Of a DNA stretch of 64,000 nucleotides, positions 43,029 to 54,016 are shown piece after piece; position 1 is the first letter of the stretch, and every line of letters starts with the position of its first letter. The stretch is taken from positions 96,001 through 160,000 of the forward strand of contig CAWCNS010000016.1 in the NCBI GenBank assembly GCA_963796965.1, in the 5' to 3' direction. The position numbers and the translations under genes are program-made. The notes under the pieces were generated by a model. It searched no databases, was not told the origin of the DNA, and saw only the letters and a list, made by a program, of their open reading frames with translations. This DNA comes from Calditrichia bacterium. GTDB lineage: Bacteria > Calditrichota > Calditrichia > JAJRVZ01.

Positions 43029-44171
43029 ATGCCTTCAAAACATTCAAACAGATCGCTTCTCATCATTGCCGGTGAGGTATCCGGTGATATCCATGGTGCT
43101 CACCTGATTGCTGCTCTAAAATCCAACGATCCGGAAATAGAACTCACCGGTATCGGCGGTGATTTAATGAAAAAAGAAGGTTTAGAACCGGTCTATCATA
43201 TTAAACAGATGGCTTTTATGGGTCTTGTTGAAGTATTAAAACATCTGCCATTTATAAAAAAAGTGTTAAACGATATGTATGCTTTGGCAGAGTCTATTCA
43301 ACCGGCAGCCATTATTTTGATAGACTATCCCGGTTTTAATCTCAGATTTGCCAAAAAAGTAAAAAAATTGGGCATTCCGGTAATATACTATATAACACCA
43401 CAATTATGGGCATGGGGTAAACGACGGGTTCATAAAATAAAGAAGTATATTGATAAAATGCTGGTGATTTTTCCTTTTGAAAAAGATTTTTACGCAAAAT
43501 ACGCTATTAGGTCTGAATATGTGGGACATCCTCTTGCGGATAGTCATTATAATGATGTGAACCCCAAAACAATGACCGGGGATAAAATTATTCTTGGCTT
43601 ACTACCCGGAAGTCGTATACAGGAAATTGATAAATTACTACCCGATATGGTTCGCACAGCCAAAATCCTCAAATCCTCAGGAAAAATATCAGATGCCCTT
43701 ATCCTTAAAGTTAATTCGATTTCTGAGCATGTTTATCAGTCCTATTTAGGAGATGAATCCTATATACACCTCTATGATTCAAGTTCTGCTGAGTTTTACA
43801 ATCAGATCGATGCTGCGCTGGTTTCTTCAGGCACGGCTACATTAGAAACCGCATATTTTCAGGTACCCCTGGTTATTGTTTATCGGGTCAGCCAACTAAC
43901 CTGGGTTATAGCAAATCTATTTGTCAATCTGGATATAGTCGGATTACCAAATATCGTGGCCGATAAAAAAATTGCATTAGAATTGCTTCAAAACAGTTTT
44001 CAACCGGAAACAGCCAGTCCCGAGTTGGAGCGATTGCTCGAACCGGAAACAAATTCCCGAATCAGAAATGAATTAAAAATTATTCGTGAAAAAATTGGTC
44101 CTCCCGGTGCCTCCGATCGGGCAGCAAAACTGATCATAGATTTTATCTCAGAATCTCCTCATTCTGCCTGA
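43029..44171 (+). CDS. lpxB: Lipid-A-disaccharide synthase
   Basis: AGEVSGD, IDYPGFN, PQLWAW, VGHPL, LLPGSR, SGTATLE, GLPNI. Confidence 0.96.
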   Translation: MPSKHSNRSLLIIAGEVSGDIHGAHLIAALKSNDPEIELTGIGGDLMKKEGLEPVYHIKQMAFMGLVEVLKHLPFIKKVLNDMYALAESIQPAAIILIDYPGFNLRFAKKVKKLGIPVIYYITPQLWAWGKRRVHKIKKYIDKMLVIFPFEKDFYAKYAIRSEYVGHPLADSHYNDVNPKTMTGDKIILGLLPGSRIQEIDKLLPDMVRTAKILKSSGKISDALILKVNSISEHVYQSYLGDESYIHLYDSSSAEFYNQIDAALVSSGTATLETAYFQVPLVIVYRVSQLTWVIANLFVNLDIVGLPNIVADKKIALELLQNSFQPETASPELERLLEPETNSRIRNELKIIREKIGPPGASDRAAKLIIDFISESPHSA

Positions 44172-44308
44172 TCGACCCGGTTGGTCAGTGAAGGTAAAGG
44201 GAGTCTTTGGAAACTTAGACAAAACACTCAAAAACGAACCTGTGAGCGATTTTAACCAGAAACTTGTTGATAAAATTATGTTCTTACAAACCGGGCCTGA
44301 ATTTCTTG

Positions 44309-44408
44309 AACCGCTAAGACGCGAAGAAGGCGCAAGGTTCGCAATGAAAAATATATTTAATTTATAAAAACTTGGCGCTCTTAGCGCCTTCTTTGCGTCT
44401 TAGCGGTT
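44309..44408. repeat. Gene-less hairpin element with 25-bp inverted ends of the CGCnAAG type
   Basis: AACCGCTAAGACGCGAAGAAGGCGC vs rc of 44384-44408, 24/25 identical. Confidence 0.8.
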
Positions 44409-44511
44409 AACTAAAGCAGGATTAATTATCATTATTTCTTATGCCAATGTGTCTGGGTGGTGTGGCGGGACTTCCTCTGATAGATACATCTCTCAATTTG
44501 AAGATTGATTT

Positions 44512-45198
44512 ATGGAAAAAAATTCATTCTCAGACTCAACTTATAAAAGTGCTTTGAAAAATAATACATGTTGGGAATCATTTTCGGTAGGGCGATTTGA
44601 GATTTCCCTAAAACGAGTTCAGGATATGGAAAAGTTGATTGAGGCAATCTCTTCGGATGAATTCAATAAGGATGAGAGATTGCCATACTGGGCTGATCTC
44701 TGGCCGTCCGCTCTTGGCCTTTCCCAGTATCTCGTTGAAAATGAAAATGAGATAAAAAACAAGCAAATACTTGAACTGGGATGCGGGTTAGGACTTGTTG
44801 GAATAACAGCCAGTTATTGTGGCGGAGATGTCTTGTTTACAGATTATGAGCCCATGGCACTCGAATTTACTCAGAGCAATTTTATGCGAAATTTTAACCG
44901 GCCGGCGGCCGTTCAATACATGGACTGGCGCAATCCTCATACGGATAAATCTTTTGATGTCATCCTCGCTGCGGATGTTCTCTATGAAAAAAGATGGTTG
45001 GAGCCGGTGATTAATGTCATCCAGGAATGCCTGAATGATCATGGAACAGTTCTTATTGCAGAACCTGACCGTTCAATCGCTAAAGATTTTTTCAATATGA
45101 TTGATAATTTGAATTGGAAACATCATTCACAGTTGAAAAGAGTCTCAGTCGGTAATAAATTAAATTCCGTTTCTATTCACAGGATATCCAAATGCTAG
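44512..45198 (+). CDS. Putative protein-lysine methyltransferase (Methyltransf_16-like)
   Basis: LPYWADLWPSA, ILELGCGLGL, FTDY, ILAADVLYE. Confidence 0.85.
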   Translation: MEKNSFSDSTYKSALKNNTCWESFSVGRFEISLKRVQDMEKLIEAISSDEFNKDERLPYWADLWPSALGLSQYLVENENEIKNKQILELGCGLGLVGITASYCGGDVLFTDYEPMALEFTQSNFMRNFNRPAAVQYMDWRNPHTDKSFDVILAADVLYEKRWLEPVINVIQECLNDHGTVLIAEPDRSIAKDFFNMIDNLNWKHHSQLKRVSVGNKLNSVSIHRISKC

Positions 45199-45479
45199 CA
45201 CTCACACCAACCGAAGTGCGTGTATTACATGTCTGGGCTGAAAGAGGTCTAAACAGTCCTTTTCCCCAGGAAGCATCTTTGGCAGGTAGAGTTATTGCGA
45301 ATACTGCCAATCGTGAGATGAAGTTATCGCTTAAAGAATTAACTGTTGTCTTGCATTGGGCAGAACTAGAAACCAGGGGACATCATGGCACGGATCAATT
45401 TCTCCTCGAACAAGAAGCTTTACTCTTACGTAAAATTGAAACCTATATAGCGGATATGGAAGATAAATCTTTTGGATAA
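45192..45479 (+). CDS. Hypothetical protein with an internal two-fold repeat
   Basis: LTPTEVRVLHVWAE and LSLKELTVVLHWAE; overlaps the upstream gene end. Confidence 0.65.
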   Translation: MLALTPTEVRVLHVWAERGLNSPFPQEASLAGRVIANTANREMKLSLKELTVVLHWAELETRGHHGTDQFLLEQEALLLRKIETYIADMEDKSFG

Positions 45480-45527
45480 AAGTTAATCTGACCGTCCTTA
45501 AATTGTGAAACCAAAGGCTAAAACTAT

Positions 45528-46898
45528 ATGATAAAACCAAGAATATTAGTTATTGATGATGATGAAGCACACCGCAGTGCCATGGTCATTATGCTTGAAG
45601 ATGAAGACTATGCCGTGGAAGAAGCTGATTGCGGCGAAGCAGCCCTGGAGATGATAAAGAAGCGCAGTTATGATCTGATTATTACAGACTTCAAGATGAA
45701 AAAAATTGATGGGATGGAATTACTCAAATTGATCAATGATCTTGATCCGCTCCTCAGAGTAATTATGGTAACGGGATTCGGTTCAATTGAACATGCTGTT
45801 GAGGCCATCCACAATGGCGCGCTAGATTATATACCCAAACCAGTCGATCCGAAGAAATTAAAATCAACGATTCACAATGCCCTCAGCCCAGCCAAAATAA
45901 TACCAAAATATCGTCAGGTTAAACCCAAGCCCAAATCGCCGGAAATTGATCGATTTGATAATATTATCGGCAAGGGCAAGGCAATTACCCGGGTTTTATC
46001 CCGTGTTCGTGAAATTGCAGATATCGATGTACCGGTTTTGATCACTGGGGAGAGCGGAACGGGTAAAGAACTTGTAGCGCGCGCAATCCATAAGGCATCT
46101 AAAAGATCTTCGGGATCTTTTATTGCCGTTAATACAGGTGCCATTGCCAAAGATCTTATATTGTCAGAGCTTTTTGGTCATGAAAAGGGCTCTTTTACAG
46201 GAGCCATTGATCAAAAAAAAGGTAAATTTGAGGAGGCTAACGGAGGTACACTTTTCCTCGATGAAATTAGTACCATGAGTGAACAGGTACAGATCTCCTT
46301 ACTCAGGGTTTTAGAAGTCCATACAATTGACAGGGTTGGCGGGAAGCGTGAAATTCCAGTCGATGTGAGGATTGTGGCTGCAAGCAATGAAAATCTGGAG
46401 GAATGCATTGCCCGGGGCTCATTCCGTGAAGACCTCTACTATCGTCTCAATGTATATCTAATCGAGCTGGCGCCCCTTCGCGAACGCAAAGAGGACATCT
46501 CACTCTTATGTGATCATTTTATTCAACATTTTAATCAGGAATATGGACGTAATATTTCAGGCATTGATCCTGAGGCTTTATCCATGTTAAAAGAATATGG
46601 CTGGAGAGGAAATGTCAGAGAATTGAGGAATGTCATTATCCGGGCTATGATTTCTGGGAAAGATATCATTAAAAAATCAGATTTACCGGCAAATGTAATT
46701 CAGGGGAGTCTGCCCGGAGAGGAAATCAGATTTAAGGCCGGAACTTCCCTGCCAGAGATTGAGCGGGAGTCCATAATTAAAACCCTGAAAAAAGTCCAGG
46801 GGAACAAGGCAAAGGCCTCTGACATGCTTGGAATTAGCCGGCGCTCGTTATATAATAAATTAGCTGAATATGGAATAGAAGATTCTGAAATTGAATAA
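45528..46898 (+). CDS. sigma54-dependent response regulator (NtrC family)
   Basis: Receiver domain (IDDD, TD), GESGTGKE, GSFTGA, Fis HTH. Confidence 0.95.
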   Translation: MIKPRILVIDDDEAHRSAMVIMLEDEDYAVEEADCGEAALEMIKKRSYDLIITDFKMKKIDGMELLKLINDLDPLLRVIMVTGFGSIEHAVEAIHNGALDYIPKPVDPKKLKSTIHNALSPAKIIPKYRQVKPKPKSPEIDRFDNIIGKGKAITRVLSRVREIADIDVPVLITGESGTGKELVARAIHKASKRSSGSFIAVNTGAIAKDLILSELFGHEKGSFTGAIDQKKGKFEEANGGTLFLDEISTMSEQVQISLLRVLEVHTIDRVGGKREIPVDVRIVAASNENLEECIARGSFREDLYYRLNVYLIELAPLRERKEDISLLCDHFIQHFNQEYGRNISGIDPEALSMLKEYGWRGNVRELRNVIIRAMISGKDIIKKSDLPANVIQGSLPGEEIRFKAGTSLPEIERESIIKTLKKVQGNKAKASDMLGISRRSLYNKLAEYGIEDSEIE

Positions 46899-46963
46899 GG
46901 ATGAGTACTGATTAGTCCTTCTAACCACTTTGTAAATATTAAATATCTGGAAAAAAATCATCG

Positions 46964-47587
46964 ATGCGCCCGTATGAAAAATATCTCAGAAATCCTGATC
47001 AATTATATGATTTAATTCGGGAGAAGTTGGAAAACCGAATACCAAAAGAATATAAATATGCGGACGTGCCCTATAAAAAGGCAGCTGTTATAATTCCACT
47101 ATTTTTTAAGAATCAGGAGGCCCATCTTCTTTTTACGAAACGAACAGAGAAAGTTGAGCATCACAAAGGCCAAATTTCCTTTCCAGGTGGATCTCATGAA
47201 TCTAATGATGCTCATTTACGAGAAACAGCGATTCGGGAAACCTGGGAAGAAATGGGGATTGAAAAAGATGATTTGGCGATTGTCGGGAGTACAGATAAAT
47301 TTTTAACCAATACCCATTTTCTCGTCACGCCATATGTTGCCTATTTCAATTATCCCTATCCTTATAAAATTAATCCCGACGAAATAGATCAGGTGATTGA
47401 GGCCCCCTTAAGTCATCTGATTGATGCCAAGAATTTTGAAATAAATCAGTGGGAAAAAGATGGTATTATTTGGGATATCCACTATTATGATTTTTTTGGC
47501 GAAACTATTTGGGGTGTAACAGGATTTCTGCTCAGCAATTTTTTTTCAATTGTATTTGATCTTCCACATTTAAAGAACACATTTTAA
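46964..47587 (+). CDS. CoA pyrophosphatase-type Nudix hydrolase
   Basis: LFTKRTEKVEHHKGQISFPGG, AIRETWEEMG, IWGVTG. Confidence 0.9.
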   Translation: MRPYEKYLRNPDQLYDLIREKLENRIPKEYKYADVPYKKAAVIIPLFFKNQEAHLLFTKRTEKVEHHKGQISFPGGSHESNDAHLRETAIRETWEEMGIEKDDLAIVGSTDKFLTNTHFLVTPYVAYFNYPYPYKINPDEIDQVIEAPLSHLIDAKNFEINQWEKDGIIWDIHYYDFFGETIWGVTGFLLSNFFSIVFDLPHLKNTF

Positions 47588-47937
47588 TCTGATGACGGTA
47601 ATAAATATTAATAATGAATTATTTAAAATTTGATGTAAACCGATATAGAATAAAATCTGATTAGATCATATTTCAATTCCATTCTCAGGCGATTTTAAAT
47701 TTTCCAATCTGAGATTTATTAATTCTTAATTCAATTTTTAAAGATTAGATGTTGCCTATTGGAACTAAAATTACATATTGGCACAATTTATGTAAGTTGA
47801 TGGTATATAATTGAATGATTTAGACCTCGTTTGTTTGTAAATTTTCTCGTCCGTAGGAGATGCTGACGGAACCTGAATATGAAATGCTGATGTTCGGGAA
47901 CATATATGCGGTGCAGACGTTTTTTTATTAGTTATAC

Positions 47938-50292
47938 TTGATTTTACCGGAGGCGTTTTTGAGAATATTAATCGTGATTTGCATGCTGGTTTTATCTGTG
48001 TCTATTTTGCTTGCCCAGGGGCTTCAGGATTGGCAAACCATTACATATATGAATGATGTAAGTGACATGGTTTTCTCGGATGGGGATATATGGATTAGTA
48101 CAAGTGGGGGGGTATATAAATACAATATTCTCGATAGTGCGGATGTGAAATATACCAATACGGATGGATTGGGTTCGCTGGATTTATCTTCTATTGAAAA
48201 AGATCACTATAACCATATCATAGCCTCCTCAAAGGACGGGACGATCAGCATGTATTCCGAAAATGTTGAAGAATGGTCGGTTTACAATAATCTAAGCGGA
48301 ACTGAGATTGTTGATCTGTACTCTATTGCCGATACTTTATGGGTGGCAACGACGACCGGTGTCGGTGTGTTTTTAATAGAAGAGAACAGTCTGGGGTTCA
48401 GAGATTATTATGATAATTTGCCCATTGAGCCAGGGAAGGCCTATCGCATCACTGTCTTTAATAACCGTGTCTATTATGCGACTGAGAATGGATTACTCCA
48501 TGCACCCTCAAATTTTATCCAATACAACCTAAAATTATCAGATAACTGGAAAGTAATGACATCATCAGGCGGTTTGCCATCAAATAGTGTCCGGGATTTG
48601 GTTCCAATATTAGACTCACTTTTTGTAGCTACTTCAGCCGGAGTGGCAACAATCTTAAAGGATGGTACCACTGCTATTCTGCCATCATGGAACTCAGGGA
48701 TTGTAACTAAAATGCTTATTTCAGGCGATACACGCTATTTTATTAGGGAGATAGATTATTTTAAATGGATTGAAGGAAGATGGTCTTATATTGCTAATGA
48801 AAATATACCTATAAATAGTGCCGTATTGGATGATAAAAAAGAGTTATGGACAGGGCGGAAAGAGGGTGGCATCAAAAAGAGAACCTGGCAAAACGCCTAT
48901 AAAATTGATGGGCCGGCAAGTAATTATGTGGGTATATTAATTAAAGACCGTCGTGGCACATTGTGGATCTCCTCGGGTAAATTTAAATTGTCTCATCCAT
49001 ATGGGTTTTACAGATATGACTTTCCTGATTGGAAGAACTATGCTTTTGCCAATGGCGATTGGTTTCGAAAGAATAGCATGGCCTATGTATATGAGGATAG
49101 AAACGGCAGAATTTGGTTTGGCGCCTGGGGTGGTGGGGTGGTGACTGTCCATAATGAAGAGATTGATTATTATCATTCATGGACAGGTGCAGGTGAAATG
49201 ACTGTTTCAACATCTGAAGGTATTGAAGAATATCTACTCCCGGAAATCCCTGAAAATAAATCTTGTCTTTCGGGGGCAAATATTTCTGCAGCCGATTACA
49301 CCGTGATTCCATGTATTTTAGAAGATCAGACGGGTAATGTTTGGTTAGCAAATCATTTATCCCGTGATTTGAAATATCTGGCAGTGGTCCCCCGAAATTC
49401 CCAGGGAGAACTGGATATGGATTGTGCGGGATGGACCTACTTTGGAAGCAATATTGGTATTACCAGCACAGAAAGTGAAATCTCATCACTGGCATTTGAT
49501 GATTTTGGACGGTTGTGGATCGGAACCTTTACTTCTGGAATTCTCGTTTATGATTTTAATGGAACCATAGATGATAGGACTGATGATAAAGGATTGATTA
49601 GAGTCAATACCTCCAACGCTAATCTTTTTAGTAATATAATTCTTACCCTCTCCAAGGATCAGGATGGGGTTATGTGGATTGGTACGGCAGGCGGGCTAAA
49701 TTCATTTGATGGATCAAGTTTTTATAAACATGTGGGTGAAACAGGGCCGGTGGATAATAAAATTAATCAGATTTTTGTAGACAATTTTAATAATAAATGG
49801 CTGGCAACTGATGGTGGGATGAGTGTTCTCCAATCTAATAAAAGCCCTTGGGATACTGGTGCATGGGTACATTATACGACCGAGAACAGCGGTTTACCTG
49901 CCAAAATTGTTAATAGCATCTATGTTGATTCTAAAAACAGCGAAGCATATATAGGTACAGAAGGTGGTCTGTCGATTTTTTCGGGTTCATTTGCAGAGTA
50001 TAAAGAAAATTTGGAATCGGTCGTTGCAGGTCCTAGTCCCTTTATTCTGAACGGAAGTTCTCAATTTGTTATAAAAAACCTTATATATGGAGCTACTATA
50101 AAAATCTTAAATATGAATGGCAGACTCGTTCGTGTGTTATCCGAAGACAATGGAATGGTTGAGGGGGGAAGGGCCGTATGGGATGGAAAAGATGAAAATA
50201 ATTCGAAAGTGCCCAGTGGGATCTATCTTTATATGATTTATAATGATGAAGGTGTCACCGGTAATGGAAAGATCGCTGTAGTCAAACCCTAA
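47938..50292 (+). CDS. PorZ-like two-propeller secreted protein with a C-terminal Ig/FlgD-like domain
   Basis: Signal peptide, WQT, many LWIGT/WxAT repeats, WDGKDENNSKVPSGIY..GKIAVVK tail. Confidence 0.75.
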   Translation: MILPEAFLRILIVICMLVLSVSILLAQGLQDWQTITYMNDVSDMVFSDGDIWISTSGGVYKYNILDSADVKYTNTDGLGSLDLSSIEKDHYNHIIASSKDGTISMYSENVEEWSVYNNLSGTEIVDLYSIADTLWVATTTGVGVFLIEENSLGFRDYYDNLPIEPGKAYRITVFNNRVYYATENGLLHAPSNFIQYNLKLSDNWKVMTSSGGLPSNSVRDLVPILDSLFVATSAGVATILKDGTTAILPSWNSGIVTKMLISGDTRYFIREIDYFKWIEGRWSYIANENIPINSAVLDDKKELWTGRKEGGIKKRTWQNAYKIDGPASNYVGILIKDRRGTLWISSGKFKLSHPYGFYRYDFPDWKNYAFANGDWFRKNSMAYVYEDRNGRIWFGAWGGGVVTVHNEEIDYYHSWTGAGEMTVSTSEGIEEYLLPEIPENKSCLSGANISAADYTVIPCILEDQTGNVWLANHLSRDLKYLAVVPRNSQGELDMDCAGWTYFGSNIGITSTESEISSLAFDDFGRLWIGTFTSGILVYDFNGTIDDRTDDKGLIRVNTSNANLFSNIILTLSKDQDGVMWIGTAGGLNSFDGSSFYKHVGETGPVDNKINQIFVDNFNNKWLATDGGMSVLQSNKSPWDTGAWVHYTTENSGLPAKIVNSIYVDSKNSEAYIGTEGGLSIFSGSFAEYKENLESVVAGPSPFILNGSSQFVIKNLIYGATIKILNMNGRLVRVLSEDNGMVEGGRAVWDGKDENNSKVPSGIYLYMIYNDEGVTGNGKIAVVKP

Positions 50293-50362
50293 TGGGAACC
50301 ATAAGCACCATGTACGCTTTAGTTATTTTAAATACCAGGCCTGGAAGAGACAGGACGCTCAA

Positions 50363-52072
50363 ATGATTAAAAAATTATACATTAAAGATTTTGCCATTGT
50401 AGAAGAACTTAATATAGAATTTACTACGGGATTTATTGTTATAACGGGTGAGACCGGCGCAGGGAAATCGATTATAGTCGGTGCCCTTGGTCTTCTCTGC
50501 GGTGAACGTGGTCAATCTGATCTGGTACGGGCAGGGGCAGCAAAAGCCATACTTGAGGCGGAGTTCCATCTTCATTCTGATGAAAGAATGGAGCAAATCC
50601 TTAATGATTACCAGATAGAAGAGTTTGATTCCCAGATTCTTATCCGTAGAGAAATAAACAGTAAGGGTATGAGCAGGGCATTTGTTAATGATACGCCCGT
50701 CAATATGAGCGTCCTTCAGAATCTCACCGCCATCCTCATTGATTTACATGGGCAACACCAACATCAACGTCTGATACATCCGGAAAACCACCTGGGATAT
50801 CTTGACAGTTTTGGAAATTTACATGGTATGGTGGAGGATTTCAAAGCCTCCCATAAAGAGTACCAGGAGCAATTGAAATTACTGAAAATCTATATTATTA
50901 AAAGAAATGAAAGTTTTGAAAAACATGATCTTTATACGTTTCAAGTCAATGAGCTTGATGCCGCAAAGTTAAAAAATGGAGAATTGGAATCACTTATTCA
51001 GGAAAGAAAGATTCTGGAGAATAACGAAACATTGTTTGATGTAGCTAATCAAGCTGGATCACTCCTTTATTCTGAGGAAAATTCGGCATCTAATAAGATC
51101 GCTGAAGTGATACGACGCATGAAACCAATGGCAGAAATAGATACATCTTTTAAAGACTTGCTCCAAAACCTGGAGACTGCTCAGGTTTCAGTGGAGGAGA
51201 GTGGACGGCAATGTGAGATGTATGCTACAAAACTAGAATTCAATCCTGAAAAACTCGAAGAAATCCAGAAACGCGAGTCGGATCTCAATTGGTTAGTGAG
51301 AAAATACCAGGTGAATGGAATAGATGACTTGATATTGCGTCGTGAAACAATGCGAAAGCAATTGACGGAGTTGGGAAACTACGATGAAAAAATTGAGCAG
51401 TTGGGAAAAAGTATAGAAGAAAAGCGCCAGTTGGTTGAACAAAGGGCGTTAAGTCTCTCCGATGCAAGAAAGCAATGTGCGGAAAGTTTTGAAGAGAAAC
51501 TTTCATTAGTGTTGGCTTCCGTGGGATTGAACAATGCCCGGTTTCAAATTAAAATTGATCAGATCCCAAAAAATGATGGTCTTATTTACAAAAATGAAAA
51601 TAAATATGATATAAATGATGATGGAATGGATGTGGTCTTATTTAATGTTGGTCTCAACATTGGTGAACCGGTCAGACCCCTCCACAAAATAGCATCCGGA
51701 GGAGAAGTCTCGCGAATTATGCTTGCCATCAAGACAATCATGGCAGATACTGATGAAATTGATACTCTTATTTTTGATGAAATTGATAGTGGGGTTTCCG
51801 GCCGATTTGCTGAAATAGTTGGAAAAAAGATGCAGGAAATCTCGAAGCATCATCAGTTGCTCGTAATTACACACTTACCACAGATCGCAGCACAGGGTGA
51901 CAGCCATTATTCGGTTATCAAAGAGGAAAAAGAGGGACGAACATCTGTCTCGGTCGAAAAACTAGATTCAGAAGCTCGAATAGTTGAGTTGGCAAAATTA
52001 CTGGGTGGAGAAAATATTACACCTGAGGCACAAGCAAATGCCCGTACCCTTCTGCAGCTCGCAGATATATAA
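50363..52072 (+). CDS. recN: DNA repair protein RecN
   Basis: ITGETGAGKS, IDLHGQH, ASGGEVSR, IFDEIDSG, ITHLPQIAA. Confidence 0.97.
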   Translation: MIKKLYIKDFAIVEELNIEFTTGFIVITGETGAGKSIIVGALGLLCGERGQSDLVRAGAAKAILEAEFHLHSDERMEQILNDYQIEEFDSQILIRREINSKGMSRAFVNDTPVNMSVLQNLTAILIDLHGQHQHQRLIHPENHLGYLDSFGNLHGMVEDFKASHKEYQEQLKLLKIYIIKRNESFEKHDLYTFQVNELDAAKLKNGELESLIQERKILENNETLFDVANQAGSLLYSEENSASNKIAEVIRRMKPMAEIDTSFKDLLQNLETAQVSVEESGRQCEMYATKLEFNPEKLEEIQKRESDLNWLVRKYQVNGIDDLILRRETMRKQLTELGNYDEKIEQLGKSIEEKRQLVEQRALSLSDARKQCAESFEEKLSLVLASVGLNNARFQIKIDQIPKNDGLIYKNENKYDINDDGMDVVLFNVGLNIGEPVRPLHKIASGGEVSRIMLAIKTIMADTDEIDTLIFDEIDSGVSGRFAEIVGKKMQEISKHHQLLVITHLPQIAAQGDSHYSVIKEEKEGRTSVSVEKLDSEARIVELAKLLGGENITPEAQANARTLLQLADI

Positions 52073-52189
52073 AAAAATTGTTTTGAATGCTCATATTCGC
52101 TATAATACTGAACTTGCTTGCTTTTATTTTTCAACTTTCTTAAGTTAAATTTAATTTAACCTTTATAAAGAAAATCTGGGGCTAGGGAT

Positions 52190-52861
52190 ATGAGAAGATC
52201 AAATTATCGTTTTACCGGCTCATTGCCAGACGAAAACCCACATTCAAGACGATATTTTCTGAAACTATTTAAATCAAAAAAGCGAATAGCAGAAGATTCG
52301 AGAGACCCTAAATCAATTCACCCAACTGAATTAAAAAAGCGTGTTATTGAACTGGGTAAGGGCAAAAAGGTTAGCATTCTTCGCCTTTCTTATGATGGTG
52401 TTCCGGAAGATCATCCCGTAGCAGTAAAAATTATCGATATTGGTAATGATCATTTTACCGGAAAAGTTGTTAATGTCGATCGGGAAGTGAGTGAGAGTCA
52501 GGAAAAAAAGCTGATTTTTGTAAAAGGTGGGGGCGGCACTATTGATTTTCAATTTGCAGATGGTGATATCCTGAGCATTGAAGAAGATATAGATGAAGAG
52601 ATTATCGAAGAACGAAGTATTGAAGAGGTCCGGGAAATACTTGAAGCCCTCGACCTGAATGAAGATGTTACCATTAGCTTCTATGATAAAGATAAAGGTG
52701 GGGTAATAAATGGTTTGGGTGTTTTAACAGCAAAAGATATGGAAACACTCGATTTCACAGTTACGCTGAAAATGATTAATGAGATTAAACTAAATGAACC
52801 CCGCGTCTTAGCATTGAATCTCGAGAAAGATAAAATCCTGGATCTGGAAGTCGTGATATAA
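52190..52861 (+). CDS. Hypothetical protein
   Basis: 223-aa ORF between recN and a terminator; two beta-rich halves ending DILSIE and KILDLE. Confidence 0.75.
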   Translation: MRRSNYRFTGSLPDENPHSRRYFLKLFKSKKRIAEDSRDPKSIHPTELKKRVIELGKGKKVSILRLSYDGVPEDHPVAVKIIDIGNDHFTGKVVNVDREVSESQEKKLIFVKGGGGTIDFQFADGDILSIEEDIDEEIIEERSIEEVREILEALDLNEDVTISFYDKDKGGVINGLGVLTAKDMETLDFTVTLKMINEIKLNEPRVLALNLEKDKILDLEVVI

Positions 52862-52876
52862 ATTTTACAATTATTG

Positions 52877-52915
52877 AAAAAAAGCCAGCCAGATATTTTG
52901 GTTGGCTTTTTTTTT
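52877..52915. terminator. Bidirectional intrinsic terminator
   Basis: AAAAAAAGCCAGCCAGA..TTTGGTTGGCTTTTTTTTT. Confidence 0.85.
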
Positions 52916-52974
52916 ATGTAATATCATAGCACTGATAAATAATATCCATTTTTTAATATAGAGGAATAGAGAAC

Positions 52975-54000
52975 ATGACAAAAGAAAAGATAGAGGAAGC
53001 ACTTAGACATGTGATATATCCCGGGATGAACCGGGATATTGTTACATTGGGAATTGTAAAAACAATAGATATTTCAGACAAATCTGTCTCAATCGGTATG
53101 GATCTTCGCAGTGATGATGATGCGGAAGTCAAAGCAGTGCAAGAAGCTGTAACGCGTGAAATTAAGAATCTATCTGGTATAGATACTGTTTCTATTATTA
53201 ATCAGAATAAAGAAAAAGCCTCTGCTGTAGAAAGCCCTTTTCTGCCAAAGGTAAAAACAAAGATAGCTATTGCCAGTGGTAAGGGAGGCGTGGGAAAATC
53301 AACGGTTAGTGTAAATCTGGCGGTTGCCCTGGCTAAACAGGGCCTTAAAGTTGGTTTGCTGGACTCGGATATTTATGGACCCAGTATTCCCCTGATGTTT
53401 GGAATTAAAGAACGACCGGCTTTTGATGGCGAGAAATTGCTTCCTTTAGAAAAATTTGGCGTCAAACTGATGTCTTTGGGGTTTTTAGTTACAGATGACA
53501 GCCCGGTTATCTGGCGGGGGCCCTTAGTGATGAGGGCACTTCAGCAACTTATGAGTGATGTTGATTGGGGAGAATTGGATATCATATTATTCGATATGCC
53601 TCCTGGTACAGGTGATGCCCAACTAACTCTTAGTCAGTCAATAACTCTGGATGGTGCAGTTATTGTTACAACACCTCAGGATGTTGCCTTGTTAGATGCT
53701 GTTAAAGGTGTGGAGATGTTCAGAAAAGTTAATGTGCCAATCTTGGGGATAGTCGAGAATATGAGTTATTTTGTATGTACTCATTGTCAGGAAAGAACGG
53801 ATATTTTCTCCTCCGGAGGTGCGAAGCGGGAATCAGATCGTCTAAAAGTTGATTTACTTGGAGAGATTCCATTAAATGTTGATATAAGAATTGGTGGAGA
53901 TGAAGGTGAACCTATTGTAGAGAAAGATGAAACGAGTGATCAGGCAAAAGCCTTTATGGATATTGCCAGTAAATTAAAAACATTTGCACAGATTAATTAA
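52975..54000 (+). CDS. mrp: Mrp/ApbC iron-sulfur cluster carrier ATPase
   Basis: SGKGGVGKST, DIYGPS, IWRGP, DMPPGTGD, ENMS..CTHC. Confidence 0.95.
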   Translation: MTKEKIEEALRHVIYPGMNRDIVTLGIVKTIDISDKSVSIGMDLRSDDDAEVKAVQEAVTREIKNLSGIDTVSIINQNKEKASAVESPFLPKVKTKIAIASGKGGVGKSTVSVNLAVALAKQGLKVGLLDSDIYGPSIPLMFGIKERPAFDGEKLLPLEKFGVKLMSLGFLVTDDSPVIWRGPLVMRALQQLMSDVDWGELDIILFDMPPGTGDAQLTLSQSITLDGAVIVTTPQDVALLDAVKGVEMFRKVNVPILGIVENMSYFVCTHCQERTDIFSSGGAKRESDRLKVDLLGEIPLNVDIRIGGDEGEPIVEKDETSDQAKAFMDIASKLKTFAQIN

Positions 54001-54016
54001 CTGTTATAGGAATGTA

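Noticed and set aside
47779..47925. sigma54-like site TGGCACAATTTATGT and a GC-richer stem-loop region before the PorZ-like gene
   Set aside because: The -12 GC is GT, and the stems match no RNA family I can recognise; a cmscan search would be needed
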